A stretch of DNA of 64,000 bases from Lytechinus pictus. Its lineage: Eukaryota. The DNA lies in assembly GCF_037042905.1 (NCBI RefSeq), contig NC_087245.1, forward strand, positions 23,066,001 through 23,130,000, in the 5' to 3' direction. This document shows, one piece after another, positions 63,881 to 64,000 of this stretch. Made by a program: the position numbers and the translations under genes. Under the pieces are notes generated by a model. The model made no database searches, was not told the DNA's origin, and saw nothing but the letters and a program-made list of their open reading frames with translations. The stretch's first letter is position 1, and each line of letters starts with the position of its first letter.

Positions 63881-64000
63881 GTAAGTAGTTTGGAAGTGCA
63901 ATTGGTTTAAAAATCGGCACAAAATGACCCCCTCAACTTCAGCTAATTACTCTCATGATGAAACAAATTAAAAAAAATAATAGAATATCAAGTGGAGTCG

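Larger units (their letters stand above)
51460..64000 (+). repeat. Tandem array of exon+intron units (543-761 bp spacing) with higher-order structure; continues past the window end
   Basis: Exon-to-exon spacings: 733, 758, 547, 717, 725, 761, 547, 714, 543, 716, 721, 715, 742, 546, 719, 546, 723, 744. Three recognisable intron variants. Confidence 0.97.

Overview
AT-rich, transposon-dense, intron-rich eukaryotic DNA. The repeat landscape suggests a marine invertebrate, probably a sea urchin (inference only). Two spliced + strand genes can be rebuilt by hand from splice signals and phase continuity; the ORF track misses or mis-frames most of their exons. Gene 1 (3' part only, 2250..12918) has a two-exon ~130-aa domain present twice, a 22-serine linker exon between the copies, and a Gly/Asp-rich last exon. 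Gene 2 (ATG 37481, runs off the window end) has a signal peptide, a Ser-rich exon and a galectin-fold-like domain without the canonical sugar-binding motifs. It continues into a 15-nt micro-exon and a 12-kb tandem array in which every 540-760 bp unit carries one 21-nt, frame-symmetric micro-exon. At least 19 such copies encode (G/V/D/L)SDSG(N/K)S-type heptads. Between and within the genes lie a four-layer LINE nest (RTE interrupted by L1/Tx1), a perfect 279-bp-arm Penelope-type palindrome carrying minimal hammerhead ribozyme motifs, Academ-like, hAT-like and Harbinger-like non-autonomous elements, a tRNA-derived SINE and a GGCGCC minisatellite.
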